Source: Candidatus Magasanikiibacteriota bacterium (GTDB taxonomy: Bacteria > Patescibacteriota > Patescibacteriia > Magasanikbacterales > GWA2-37-8). From it: a DNA stretch of 64,000 bases. A model generated the notes under the pieces. That model was not told where the DNA came from, did no database searches, and saw nothing but the letters and a program-made list of their open reading frames with translations. The translations under genes were made by a program, and so were the position numbers. Location: contig JAHFHV010000001.1 in assembly GCA_023246725.1 (NCBI GenBank), forward strand, positions 13,618 through 77,617, written 5' to 3'. Below are positions 55,426 through 64,000 of this stretch, one piece after another; position 1 is the first letter of the stretch; each line of letters starts with the position of its first letter.

Positions 55426-56073
55426 TTATTTCGCGATTAAACTCATCAGCATCTGCTCAAGATCAACAGCTTGATCTACGCGCACTCGTTTGTTGTTGGC
55501 AAACAAAGCCGGCGGGTTTTTAAGGCCCAGCGCCGCGGCCAGGCTGGCGCCAGCGTCAATCCCCGGCTCCATGGTTCCAGACGACAAGCACTGCTGCCAT
55601 TCAGTAAGGTTAAGTTTAAGCGCCGCGGCCAATTCCCGCAGAGCCTTGGCGCCGGCTTTGGTTGGCCGCGCCGCCAGCTGGTCGGCATACTGCCAAAATT
55701 TGCCTTGCGCGCCAGCGCACCAAGCGGCCACATGCGGGGCAAGATTGGCCGGGGAAAACAGCTGGCTCTTAGGCAAGTCCTTCCAGGCCAGCCGGGCATC
55801 GCTCGGGTGCGCGTCCACAAAGGCAGCGAGCGTCCGCAATATTTTTTTACTAGCCGCATCGCCTAAATCGGCGAAGATCACCAGTGTGAGCGGCGCCCCG
55901 GGGTTGCCGCGCAGGGGGTCGCTGCTTAAAATTGGCAGGGGGTAGTTCTCAAAACTAATTAAAGGAGCGACTTCGGCCGTGGTCACAATTCCTTGCGCGC
56001 GTTTAACCTGACGCCAGAAAATTATGGCCAGGATGATTGTGCAGAGCCCGATAATCAACAATAGTTTTTTCAT
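55426..56073 (-). CDS. DsbA-family thioredoxin-fold protein, CXXC lost (degenerate paralog of 42746 DsbA)
   Basis: LTLVIFADLGDAASK where CPNC expected; AAWCAGAQGKFWQYADQLA conserved with 42746 product. Confidence 0.6.
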   Translation of the reverse strand: MKKLLLIIGLCTIILAIIFWRQVKRAQGIVTTAEVAPLISFENYPLPILSSDPLRGNPGAPLTLVIFADLGDAASKKILRTLAAFVDAHPSDARLAWKDLPKSQLFSPANLAPHVAAWCAGAQGKFWQYADQLAARPTKAGAKALRELAAALKLNLTEWQQCLSSGTMEPGIDAGASLAAALGLKNPPALFANNKRVRVDQAVDLEQMLMSLIAK

Positions 56074-56074
56074 A

Positions 56075-57331
56075 TTATAAGTTTACCTGAAACACCCCCT
56101 GTTTATTGGGATCCGTAAACAGCACCTTATTTTTTTTAGCATCGTAGGATATTGAATTGATGTGAAAGTTATTACCCAAGGGAACATTGGTGGTCAAACC
56201 GGTTTTCAAATCAATTTTGTACATGTCATCGGGCAGAGTGTCGGCAATGGCCGGCGACATGCCCGCTCCTTGGGGCAAGTCGCGCGGCACAGCGCAGAAC
56301 AGGGTGTTGTCATCGCCAAACGAACATTTGTTAGCCCAGGTGTTTAAGCGCAGAGTTTGGCGGTTGCTGCCAATATCATCACCATACGAATTCACCACCC
56401 ACAGCTCTGGTTTAAAATCGCTGCGGGCGCTATCCACGCTGTAAAGCAGTTTTTTACCGGTCGGCGACCACTGCGGCTGAAAATTCAACCCTTCCACGAC
56501 CGTGGATTTAAAATTTTCCCCGTTCAAGCCCACAAATAATACTTCCACCCGGTCGGCCCCTTGCGGCGCCCCGGTGCGGGACAAAGCCACGGTTTGCCGG
56601 CTGGGCGACCAATCCACGGTAACGCGGTCGCCATTATCGCCCAAGGGTTCAATTAGCTTGGTGCCGGTGCCGTCGTCTTTGGCTACCACCAGCCAGCGGT
56701 TTTCCGGTGAGAGTCCTAGGCTTTTGGCCGCTACTTCCGTGCTATCTGGGGAAAAGGAAAAATCTTGCCAGTGTTTGGGCAAGGTAATTTGTTTTTTAAG
56801 ATCAAAATTGTACAAAATTTTGGAGCTGTCGGGGTACTCCAGCACCGCTTTGTTACCAGTTTTTGCCCAGGTAACATTTTGGACGTTATAGAATACTTGG
56901 TCGCTTAAGGCAGTGGTTTGCCCAGCGTCGCCCACGCGGTAAAATTTGCCGTCTTGCGCGTTATGGTAGCGAAAATCGCCGCTCGCCGCCAGAGAAGAAA
57001 AAACGGCCGCGTCAGCATTAAGCTGAGTTACCGGTTCCGGCGTAAAGTAGCTGGGCGTCGCTCCAGGAATGGCGCCTGCCGTCGGCAAGCCTCCTTCCGC
57101 GCCGCCGCTTGGTGTTGCCTCGCCCGCCCCGGGCACGCGTTCTCCCGCGCCCGGCAGCTGGCCAGGCGCTGCGCCCGGGCGAGTTCCGCCGACCGTGGTG
57201 GGGGGCGGCGTGGCCTTAAAAAACAGCGTGAAAATGCCCCAGGCAATTAAAGCCGAGATTGTAAGCAAGCCGAGGATGAGGAGAATTCGTTTGAGTCCAG
57301 AAGACATAGGAAGTGAAATATCAAATGACAA
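56075..57331 (-). CDS. Membrane-anchored PD40 (TolB-like) beta-propeller repeat protein
   Basis: N-terminal TM, Pro/Gly-rich linker, repeated propeller blades. Confidence 0.55.
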   Translation of the reverse strand: MSFDISLPMSSGLKRILLILGLLTISALIAWGIFTLFFKATPPPTTVGGTRPGAAPGQLPGAGERVPGAGEATPSGGAEGGLPTAGAIPGATPSYFTPEPVTQLNADAAVFSSLAASGDFRYHNAQDGKFYRVGDAGQTTALSDQVFYNVQNVTWAKTGNKAVLEYPDSSKILYNFDLKKQITLPKHWQDFSFSPDSTEVAAKSLGLSPENRWLVVAKDDGTGTKLIEPLGDNGDRVTVDWSPSRQTVALSRTGAPQGADRVEVLFVGLNGENFKSTVVEGLNFQPQWSPTGKKLLYSVDSARSDFKPELWVVNSYGDDIGSNRQTLRLNTWANKCSFGDDNTLFCAVPRDLPQGAGMSPAIADTLPDDMYKIDLKTGLTTNVPLGNNFHINSISYDAKKNKVLFTDPNKQGVFQVNL

Positions 57332-57350
57332 ATGTCAAATACCAAATGTG
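57313..57350. repeat. Repeat family 2 copy
   Basis: tatcaaatgacaaatgtcaaataccaaatg. Confidence 0.6.
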
Positions 57351-57367
57351 ATTATCGCCGTGATTTT

Positions 57368-59317
57368 TTATTTCGCGTTGGCGGGTGTCGTAGGCGCGGG
57401 CGCGGGCGGCGGCGCTCCGCCGGTTTTGCCTCCCGCAGAAATTGTCGCCTGGTTTGGCAGGGCTCCGGCCGAGCCCTCGTCGGCCAGTTCTTTGTTAATG
57501 TCAACGAGTTTGTTTTTGAGGTAAACTTTTTTCTTTTCAACGGCCAGCTTTTCTTCCAGCGGCTTAAGTTTTTTGTTAATATCTTCAATCACATCGCCAA
57601 TCGCTTTTACCAGCGGCGCCGCCGGAATGTTTATGGCGCGCAAGGGCTTAATGAACTCCCTGGCTAGAATAAACATCGCGATTGGTATGGCGATGACGGG
57701 CGAGATGATTGCCAAAACAATACCAGCCGGGAAGAATATGCCCAGCAGACGCAAAATCCATTTTAAAACTATCCAGCCGGCGTCAATTTCGGCGCCCGGC
57801 AAAATTTGCGCGAACCGAAGCGACGAACGAGCGCTCTTAAGAATTCCAATCCGCGCTTCCAGGGCCGTTATCATCACTTCGCTCGTTACATTCTCCAGGC
57901 CGTATTTCATGCCTTCTATTTTAGCATAAATGCCGGGAAGAAAAAAGCGGATAATCCGGAGCGAGGTGGTTTTTTTGATGCTGTCCACCTTGCCTTGCAT
58001 TTGGTTTAGCTCTTTCATTATCGCGTCCCGGGCTTTTTTAAGCTTTTGTTTGCGGCTACGAAGAGCGTTGGCAATACCCCCCTGGTCTTTGGATTTGGCG
58101 GCTTCGGGAGGCGCACCATCTTTGCCCGGGGCGCCAGCGGCTTGACCAGCGCCTCCCTCCGAGGGAACTTGCTCGGGCGGGTTGAGCCGCTCATCGTTAG
58201 CCGTGGCCGGCTGGTCATTCGCGCCAGCTGGTTCCGACTGGGCGCCGCGCTCGGCCCCTAACTGGGCGGCTTTATCGCGGTTTAAATCGTTGACGGCTTC
58301 AGGGGGAGCCGCGGGCGGCTCTGTGCCCGGGGCGGAGGGGCCCGCTTCCGGGGCGGCTGGAGAGGCTTCGCCTTCGGTGCCCGGGGCGGCTGGTTGTTCG
58401 CCGTCAGTTGGTGAAGGCTGTTCCCCGCCCGCAGCCTTGTTTGCGGCGTCGGCATCAGAGTCATTTTTTTGTTCAGCGGGATTATCTTCATTTTGATCTT
58501 TTTCCGCTGTTTCATCGGTTGGTTTTTCGTTGTCTGCCGGGGAGCTGGGGGCCTCCGGTGCCGCGTTTTTGGATTGTTCCGGCGGAGTTTCTCCAGGCGC
58601 TGATTCCGTTCCAACCGGCTGTCCAGTCTTGTCATCAGGACCAGCCGTCGGAGTATTGTCGCCACCTTGCGCTGGGCCGCCCTCTGGCTTTGGAGCTGGG
58701 ACGGGCGTCTCTTGGTCGCTTGGCCCGCCAACGCCAGGGGGGACGGTCTGGGCGGTTGGTTTTTCTTTTGTCTCTCCGCCGCTAGCCGCTGGCTGTTCTG
58801 CCTCGCCGCCCTCTGGCGCTGGTTCGCTTTCGGCCGCCCCCCGCTCATACTCGTCACGGGCCGCTGCCCAGGCGGCTTCGTCCAAGGCGTTGCCGCCGTT
58901 GTTTTTTTCCGCCGCTAAAAGTATCTCCTGCCAAGCATCGTCTTGTTCCGGCAAGGGAAGATTAGTTTTTAAGTTCACTATGAGTTTGTTGCCAGAAGTT
59001 TGCGCTTGGTTCCCTGGCCCCGAACTTACTGCGTTAACAACTTCCACTGGGGCACCAGAACCAGAAACTGGAGTAGTAGGTTCGGCTGACACCGGCGCCG
59101 GCTGATCTTTCTCCGGAGCTTTAGAAGCCTGTGCCGCGAGATCGGCAATGGTTCTGTTGTTGTCATGCCTAACGTTTCTGGTTTGCCCAAGTTTCGTGCG
59201 CAAAGCGCGGTGTTTTAAATAATCAGAATAGCCGCTCGAGGCAGGAGTAGCGCCTTCCGCGTCTGGCGCGGCACCCGGCAACTGCGGGGTGGGAGCCGTG
59301 GAAGGGTCAACAGGCAT
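57368..59317 (-). CDS. Hypothetical membrane protein with about 400-aa Pro/Ala/Glu/Gly-rich low-complexity region
   Basis: C-terminal TM segments (IFFPAGIVLAIISPVIAIPIAMFIL); compositional high-GC due to low complexity. Confidence 0.5.
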   Translation of the reverse strand: MPVDPSTAPTPQLPGAAPDAEGATPASSGYSDYLKHRALRTKLGQTRNVRHDNNRTIADLAAQASKAPEKDQPAPVSAEPTTPVSGSGAPVEVVNAVSSGPGNQAQTSGNKLIVNLKTNLPLPEQDDAWQEILLAAEKNNGGNALDEAAWAAARDEYERGAAESEPAPEGGEAEQPAASGGETKEKPTAQTVPPGVGGPSDQETPVPAPKPEGGPAQGGDNTPTAGPDDKTGQPVGTESAPGETPPEQSKNAAPEAPSSPADNEKPTDETAEKDQNEDNPAEQKNDSDADAANKAAGGEQPSPTDGEQPAAPGTEGEASPAAPEAGPSAPGTEPPAAPPEAVNDLNRDKAAQLGAERGAQSEPAGANDQPATANDERLNPPEQVPSEGGAGQAAGAPGKDGAPPEAAKSKDQGGIANALRSRKQKLKKARDAIMKELNQMQGKVDSIKKTTSLRIIRFFLPGIYAKIEGMKYGLENVTSEVMITALEARIGILKSARSSLRFAQILPGAEIDAGWIVLKWILRLLGIFFPAGIVLAIISPVIAIPIAMFILAREFIKPLRAINIPAAPLVKAIGDVIEDINKKLKPLEEKLAVEKKKVYLKNKLVDINKELADEGSAGALPNQATISAGGKTGGAPPPAPAPTTPANAK

Positions 59318-59326
59318 AATGAAGAG

Positions 59327-61870
59327 TTATTTTATTTCCAGATGATTATCATTCATGACAAGCTGATACTGGCGTTTAACTTTATGTTCAAAAATAAGTT
59401 CCGCTATCAGGCTTTCCACATCGCTCCTGACCAGGCGGCGAATTTCGCGCGCGCTTTGGTCAGGCTTTTTAAGGTTTTCAATAATCGTTTGGAGCGTTTC
59501 ATCTTTGGCGGTTACTTTAGTGTGGTAGGCGCTAAGGCGTTCGTTGAGTTCGTTCAGTTCGCGCTCGGCAATGGCCACCAACTCCGGCATTCCCAAATGT
59601 TTAAAGTAGCAAATCGCGTCCAGCCGATTAATTATTTCCGGAGAAAAGAATTTTTTTAAAGTTTCTTTTAAATGGTCTTCTTGTTCGCGGTCGCTGCGTT
59701 CGCTGTTGCCAAATCCCACCAACCCCTTTTTAGCATCGTCCGCTCCCAGCGAGGTCGTTAAAATAATAATGGCGTGCCGGAGGGAGATTTTTTTGCCGGC
59801 CGCGTCCGTAATCGCGCCATTTTCCAGCATCTGGAGCAGGAGCCGCGTCACGTCTTTGTGCGCCTTGTCAATTTCGTCAAATAAAATGACCGAGTAAGGG
59901 TTGAGTTTAATTTTGTCGGAGAATTGGTTGCTTTCTTTGTACCCCACATACCCGGCGGGGGAGCCGAGGAGTTTTGACACGCTGTAGCCTTCGTTAAATT
60001 CGCTCATGTCCAGTTTAATCAGCGCGTCTTGGCCCGGGTAGAGCGTTTTGGCCAGCGTTTTAGCTAGTTCGGTTTTGCCTACCCCGCTTTCGCCCACGAA
60101 TAAAAACGAGACCAAAGGCCGTTCGGCATTGGACAGGCCCAGCTGAGCTTGACGCACTAATTTACTCACCATTTCAATAGCGGTCTTTTGGCCTACTACC
60201 GAGTCCGAGAGATGCTCGGCTAAGCTGCGCATTCCCTGGCTGGTTTCTAAAATAAGTTCGCTTGGCGCGATACCAGTTATTTTGGCTACTTGGGCCACCA
60301 CGTCTTTTTCCGTTACCGTACCCACGCGTTTGATTTTTTTAGTATCAGCCAGCGCCGCTTGTTTTTTAATGACCCCGCTCAGTTCTTCCTCTTCTTTTTT
60401 ATATTTCACGGCGGCTGTAAAATCATCCGCGCCAGCGGCCGCTTCTTTAGCGTTAATCGTTTGTTCTAATTGCTGTTCCAGCCGCCATAGTTTGCTTACG
60501 GCCGGGGAGCCTTTGGCCGTGAGGCGCTTGGCCGCGGCGGTTTCGTCCAAAAGATCAATCGCCTTATCAGGTAGAAATTTACTGGTGATGTAGCGAGTCG
60601 AGAGTCGGACGGCCGCGGCCACCGCCTCGTCAGCAATCGTCACTTGGTGGTACGTTTCATAATTAGCTTTAAGGCCATTCAAAATCGCAATTGTGTCCGC
60701 CACGCTTGGCTCGGGCGTAATAACCGGCTGAAAACGGCGCTCCAAAGCCGGGTCGCTTTCAATATATTTTTTGTACTCGCCCGGAGTGGTGGCGCCAATG
60801 CACCTAAGTTGCCCGCGCGCCAACGCCGGCTTTAACAGGTTGGCCGCGTCCAGAGTGCCTTGGTTAGAGCCAGCGCCCACAATGTTATGAATTTCATCAA
60901 TAAACATAATAATATCCGGCCGGCTCGTTACTTCCTCAATCACTTGTTTTAAGCGGCCTTCAAATTCGCCGCGGTACATCGTTCCGGCTATCAAAAGACC
61001 CATATCAAGGCTGTAAATTTTTTTATTCAATAACAGTTCCGGTACCCGTCCGGCCACAATCCGCTTAGCCAAGCCTTCTACAATCGCGGTTTTTCCCACG
61101 CCCGGCTCGCCTAGGAGAAGCGGGTTGTTTTTGGTGCGCCGGCTTAACACATGAATCACCCGCTCAATTTCTTTGTCACGTCCAATCACCGGGTCAATGT
61201 CGGCCTGCGCTTCGGGAGACGTTAAATTCGTCGCGAACCAATCTAAAGCGGTTTCTTTTTTGCGCCCCGAATTTTGCGCGCTTGATGGCTTGGTTTTTTT
61301 GGCCTCGACGTGGTGAGAATGTTCGGCGTGCCAAGCATCGCCTAAATTTTCTTGGAGCCTTTCTACCACCTCGGCCACTTCCGTGATTCTGGGGAATTGG
61401 CTGGCATTGCTAAGGACGGCATCCAGCTGATGCGCCAGGTCGGAAATTTTTACCATGTTTACTTTTAACACATCATCAATGAGCGCGTCGTTCAGCCGGA
61501 TAATGGCGATGAGAAGGTGCTCGGTGCCAATGTAGGCGTGACTATTTTCCTGGGCGATTAGCATGGCTTTCTCCAGCGCAGTTTTGGTGGCCGGGGATAA
61601 CGGCGTCAAAACGGCTTGAGCCGTCGCTCCCGGGCTGGCTGGAGTCAGAGGTTCGGCGGCCGCCGGCAAGCTTAATACAGCCTGCTCCATGGTTTTAACA
61701 TTCAGCTTAAGGCGATTCAAAATTTCGGAGGCCACCGAGCCTTTTTGAGTGGACAAGGCAAACAAGACGTGGATTGGCTCCACGAGCGGGTTGTTGAGTT
61801 CCGCCGCCACCTGAATACTGCGCGCCAACACATCGCGCAAGTGGCTGGAAAAACGGTCGATGATGTTCAT
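59327..61870 (-). CDS. clpC: Clp/Hsp100 ATPase with N-domain, ClpC-like
   Basis: Clp_N repeats, two AAA modules ([15 protein letters not shown]; [15 protein letters not shown]), short M-domain; 847 aa. Confidence 0.88.
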   Translation of the reverse strand: MNIIDRFSSHLRDVLARSIQVAAELNNPLVEPIHVLFALSTQKGSVASEILNRLKLNVKTMEQAVLSLPAAAEPLTPASPGATAQAVLTPLSPATKTALEKAMLIAQENSHAYIGTEHLLIAIIRLNDALIDDVLKVNMVKISDLAHQLDAVLSNASQFPRITEVAEVVERLQENLGDAWHAEHSHHVEAKKTKPSSAQNSGRKKETALDWFATNLTSPEAQADIDPVIGRDKEIERVIHVLSRRTKNNPLLLGEPGVGKTAIVEGLAKRIVAGRVPELLLNKKIYSLDMGLLIAGTMYRGEFEGRLKQVIEEVTSRPDIIMFIDEIHNIVGAGSNQGTLDAANLLKPALARGQLRCIGATTPGEYKKYIESDPALERRFQPVITPEPSVADTIAILNGLKANYETYHQVTIADEAVAAAVRLSTRYITSKFLPDKAIDLLDETAAAKRLTAKGSPAVSKLWRLEQQLEQTINAKEAAAGADDFTAAVKYKKEEEELSGVIKKQAALADTKKIKRVGTVTEKDVVAQVAKITGIAPSELILETSQGMRSLAEHLSDSVVGQKTAIEMVSKLVRQAQLGLSNAERPLVSFLFVGESGVGKTELAKTLAKTLYPGQDALIKLDMSEFNEGYSVSKLLGSPAGYVGYKESNQFSDKIKLNPYSVILFDEIDKAHKDVTRLLLQMLENGAITDAAGKKISLRHAIIILTTSLGADDAKKGLVGFGNSERSDREQEDHLKETLKKFFSPEIINRLDAICYFKHLGMPELVAIAERELNELNERLSAYHTKVTAKDETLQTIIENLKKPDQSAREIRRLVRSDVESLIAELIFEHKVKRQYQLVMNDNHLEIK

Positions 61871-61879
61871 AGATAATCA

Positions 61880-61975
61880 AAATACACGATACACGTATAA
61901 CGATACAAGCGCACGATAGATGATAGATGGAGAGCAACAGACAATCATTATGTATCGTGCTACGTGTATCGTATA
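61880..61975. repeat. Palindromic element family 4 copy upstream of clpC
   Basis: aatacacgatacacgtataacgatac ... gtatcgtgctacgtgtatcgtat. Confidence 0.7.
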
Positions 61976-62044
61976 GGTGATTGATTTTTCAATGCATATA
62001 TTATATAGTATGGGAATCGTTTAGTCAAAGTAATTTTTCTTCGT

Positions 62045-62851
62045 ATGCCCCGTTCAAACATTGCTTCTATAATAAAAAAATTAGACACCAAAAAAGTGTT
62101 TGTGTTTGATTTAGACGGCACCCTCGCGCCTACCAAATCTCCCTTGGAACCCAGCATGACCAAATTGTTTGAACAGCTTTTGACGGTAAAAAAGGTGGCC
62201 GTGATTGGCGGGGGCAAGTACGAACTTTTTCAAATGCAGCTCTTGGATGAATTAAAGCCCACGCCTAAAAAGCTTTTTAACAATCTGTTTCTGTTCCCGA
62301 CTACCGCGACCGCATTTTATCGCTATAACCAAGGCTGGAAACTAATGTACAAATTAAATTTATCCGCCGCCGAGGCGAAAAAAATTAAACACACGTTTGA
62401 AAAAGTGTTTACAGAAATCGGCTACCGGCACCCTAAAAAAATATACGGAGAGTTAATTGAAAATCGCGGCTCGCAAGTCAGCTTTTCCATTTACGGCCAA
62501 GATATTGTGGCGGTTTTAGGCAAACGCGGCATCCGTATGAAAGAGGAGTGGAAGAAAAAACACACGCCGCTAAAAATGAAGATAGCCAAGCTTATGCAAA
62601 AATATTTACCGGAATTCGCGGTGCGCGCCGCCGGGCACACCACCATTGATGTGACCAAAAAAGGTATTAACAAAGCCTACGGCCTGCGCCAAATTGAAAA
62701 ACATATCGGCGTCAAAATTAAAGACATGGTATTTATCGGCGACGCGATTTTCCCTGGTGGCAATGACTATGCCATCACCAAAACTAACATTGATTATATT
62801 CCCGTGAAGGACCCAAAAGAGACGGAAGAAATAATTAGAGAAATACTTTAA
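62045..62851 (+). CDS. HAD-IIB hydrolase (phosphomannomutase-like)
   Basis: VFVFDLDGTLAP motif I; cap domain; 268 aa. Confidence 0.65.
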   Translation: MPRSNIASIIKKLDTKKVFVFDLDGTLAPTKSPLEPSMTKLFEQLLTVKKVAVIGGGKYELFQMQLLDELKPTPKKLFNNLFLFPTTATAFYRYNQGWKLMYKLNLSAAEAKKIKHTFEKVFTEIGYRHPKKIYGELIENRGSQVSFSIYGQDIVAVLGKRGIRMKEEWKKKHTPLKMKIAKLMQKYLPEFAVRAAGHTTIDVTKKGINKAYGLRQIEKHIGVKIKDMVFIGDAIFPGGNDYAITKTNIDYIPVKDPKETEEIIREIL

Positions 62852-62866
62852 ATGTCATAAGTTATT

Positions 62867-63181
62867 ATGGAGGTACAATTCTTTGATGAGGCACTAGTAA
62901 AGTTTATCAGAACACTTGAACAATCAACTGGCGCCAAGATTTTTCGCGCAATTGATTTGCTTGAACGTTTTGGTTCAACGCTAGGGATGCCGCACAGCAA
63001 AAAGATCGCACTTCGGTTATTTGAACTGCGAATCAGAGGTCAGCAAGAAGTGAGGATTTTGTACGCATTCCATAATAATACCGCCATGTTATTGCATGGA
63101 TTTGTTAAAAAAACCGATCGTATTCCCGCCCGGGAATTACGTACTGCCTTACAAAAATTAGCGACACTTGACAAAGTATAA
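62867..63181 (+). CDS. higB: Type II toxin HigB-like (Gp49/RelE superfamily)
   Basis: LFELRIRGQQEVRILYAF...LLHGFVKKTDRIPARE pattern; precedes HTH antitoxin. Confidence 0.7.
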   Translation: MEVQFFDEALVKFIRTLEQSTGAKIFRAIDLLERFGSTLGMPHSKKIALRLFELRIRGQQEVRILYAFHNNTAMLLHGFVKKTDRIPARELRTALQKLATLDKV

Positions 63182-63204
63182 CGTATATGTTATACTGAAT
63201 TTAT

Positions 63205-63477
63205 ATGAAATCATACACTGAAATTAAAAAGGAATTTCTTAAAGATCCTGCTTTCCGCAAAGCCTATGAAGAACTGGGGCCTGAGTTTGAATTGGCCAGC
63301 ATGATTATTGAGAAGCGCCTGCGTAAAGGGCTGACACAAAAAGCGCTGGCTAAAAAAATTGGAACTCAACAGTCAGCTATTGCCCGCCTTGAGTCCGGAG
63401 ATTATAACCCAACAATAGCGTTTTTAGAAAAAGTTTCTAAAGCGCTTGGTGCTCGTTTGTCAATCTCGTTAGGTTAG
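63205..63477 (+). CDS. higA: HigA-like antitoxin, XRE-family HTH
   Basis: LRKGLTQKALAKKIGTQQSAIARLESG helix-turn-helix. Confidence 0.75.
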   Translation: MKSYTEIKKEFLKDPAFRKAYEELGPEFELASMIIEKRLRKGLTQKALAKKIGTQQSAIARLESGDYNPTIAFLEKVSKALGARLSISLG

Positions 63478-64000
63478 TGAATTGTATCGGCAAGTGAGAG
63501 TCCAGAAAAGTTTTTGATATACAATTTGGCTCCAGGGAGTTGCCGTTTGGAGTAGCTGTTCGTAATGGCGATGACCGACATTTTGGCATTCACTCCGGCC
63601 TGTACTCCCAAAATCGCGTCCTCAAACACCACACACTTCTTGGGTGGTGTTTTTAGTTTTTTAGCGGCTTTTAAAAACATGTCGGGCGCTGGTTTGCCAC
63701 GCGTAATGCCGCTGGCGTCAATAATGAAAGAAAAATATTTACGCAGCTTCGTTTTACCCAGCACAAACCGCACGTTTTCCGGTGGCGCCGAGGTCGCTAA
63801 GGCCATCGGAATTTTGGCGCGTCGGGCTGTTTCTAAAAATGTGGTAAGGCCAGACAGTGACGCAATATGTGGCGCGTAGGTTTTACGGTAATAGGCCTCG
63901 CGCTCATCATCCCAGTGCTTCGTTTGCTCTGCCACTGCGGCATTGCCAAACAAATTATGCATTACTTCCGCGCCGCGTCTGCCGTTAATGTGGTTGTTAA
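63474..64000 (-). CDS. HAD-IA hydrolase (beta-phosphoglucomutase-like), 5' end probably beyond window
   Basis: C-terminal HAD motifs CVVFEDAILGVQAGVNAKM; DxDGT motif I not present in window. Confidence 0.6.
   Translation of the reverse strand, partial: NNHINGRRGAEVMHNLFGNAAVAEQTKHWDDEREAYYRKTYAPHIASLSGLTTFLETARRAKIPMALATSAPPENVRFVLGKTKLRKYFSFIIDASGITRGKPAPDMFLKAAKKLKTPPKKCVVFEDAILGVQAGVNAKMSVIAITNSYSKRQLPGAKLYIKNFSGLSLADTIH

Noticed and set aside
5591-57350. Possibility that the dispersed palindromic repeats form a CRISPR array
   Set aside because: Copies are scattered across 50 kb, not regularly spaced with unique spacers, and are internally palindromic with differing flanks; no cas genes present.
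57368-59317. High GC of 58000-59300 as a fourth foreign island
   Set aside because: GC enrichment tracks the Pro/Ala/Gly/Glu low-complexity coding of a single long ORF contiguous with native-GC C-terminal TM region; more likely compositional than HGT.

Overview
Repeat-dense bacterial segment of about 45% GC with compact genes and perfectly spaced TTGACA-17nt-TATAAT-like promoters. I infer it is a small-genome, possibly CPR/Patescibacteria-like or Firmicute-like organism. Housekeeping genes I can support are transketolase, gyrA, rpsA (4-domain S1), ftsH, a GspE/PilB ATPase, thrS behind a T-box leader, miaA, ribE-ribH, RNase P RNA, RNase J, tRNA-Leu(CAG), secG, uvrA, rplS, recG, radA, a ClpC-type ATPase, an EPS priming transferase plus GT4 glycosyltransferase, and two DUF4143 AAA ATPases. 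There are three type II toxin-antitoxin pairs: DinJ-YafQ, Phd-like/RelE-ParE, and HigB-HigA. The window carries at least six families of short palindromic (MITE-like) repeats. Several copies sit in-frame inside recG, radA and a large surface-protein gene, as RPEs do in Rickettsia. Three high-GC islands of roughly 62-67% GC interrupt the low-GC backbone. Two of them end in the same long-loop hairpin element. The third encodes a Deltaproteobacteria-like TPR/TSP3/OmpA protein. The most system-like novelty is a duplicated two-gene module: a DsbA-family thioredoxin followed by a Cys-rich exported protein with a VirB2/TrbC-pilin-like helical hairpin. In the second copy that protein is fused to an Amidase_2 peptidoglycan hydrolase and the DsbA partner has lost its CXXC. 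That copy sits in an operon with a PD40 beta-propeller and a Pro/Ala/Glu-rich membrane protein. A divergent NRAMP transporter lacking the DPGN/MPH motifs lies next to a soluble MgtE-N/CBS protein, suggesting an NRMT-like Mg2+ uptake pair. All calls rest on reading the sequence and the ORF translations. No database searches were run.
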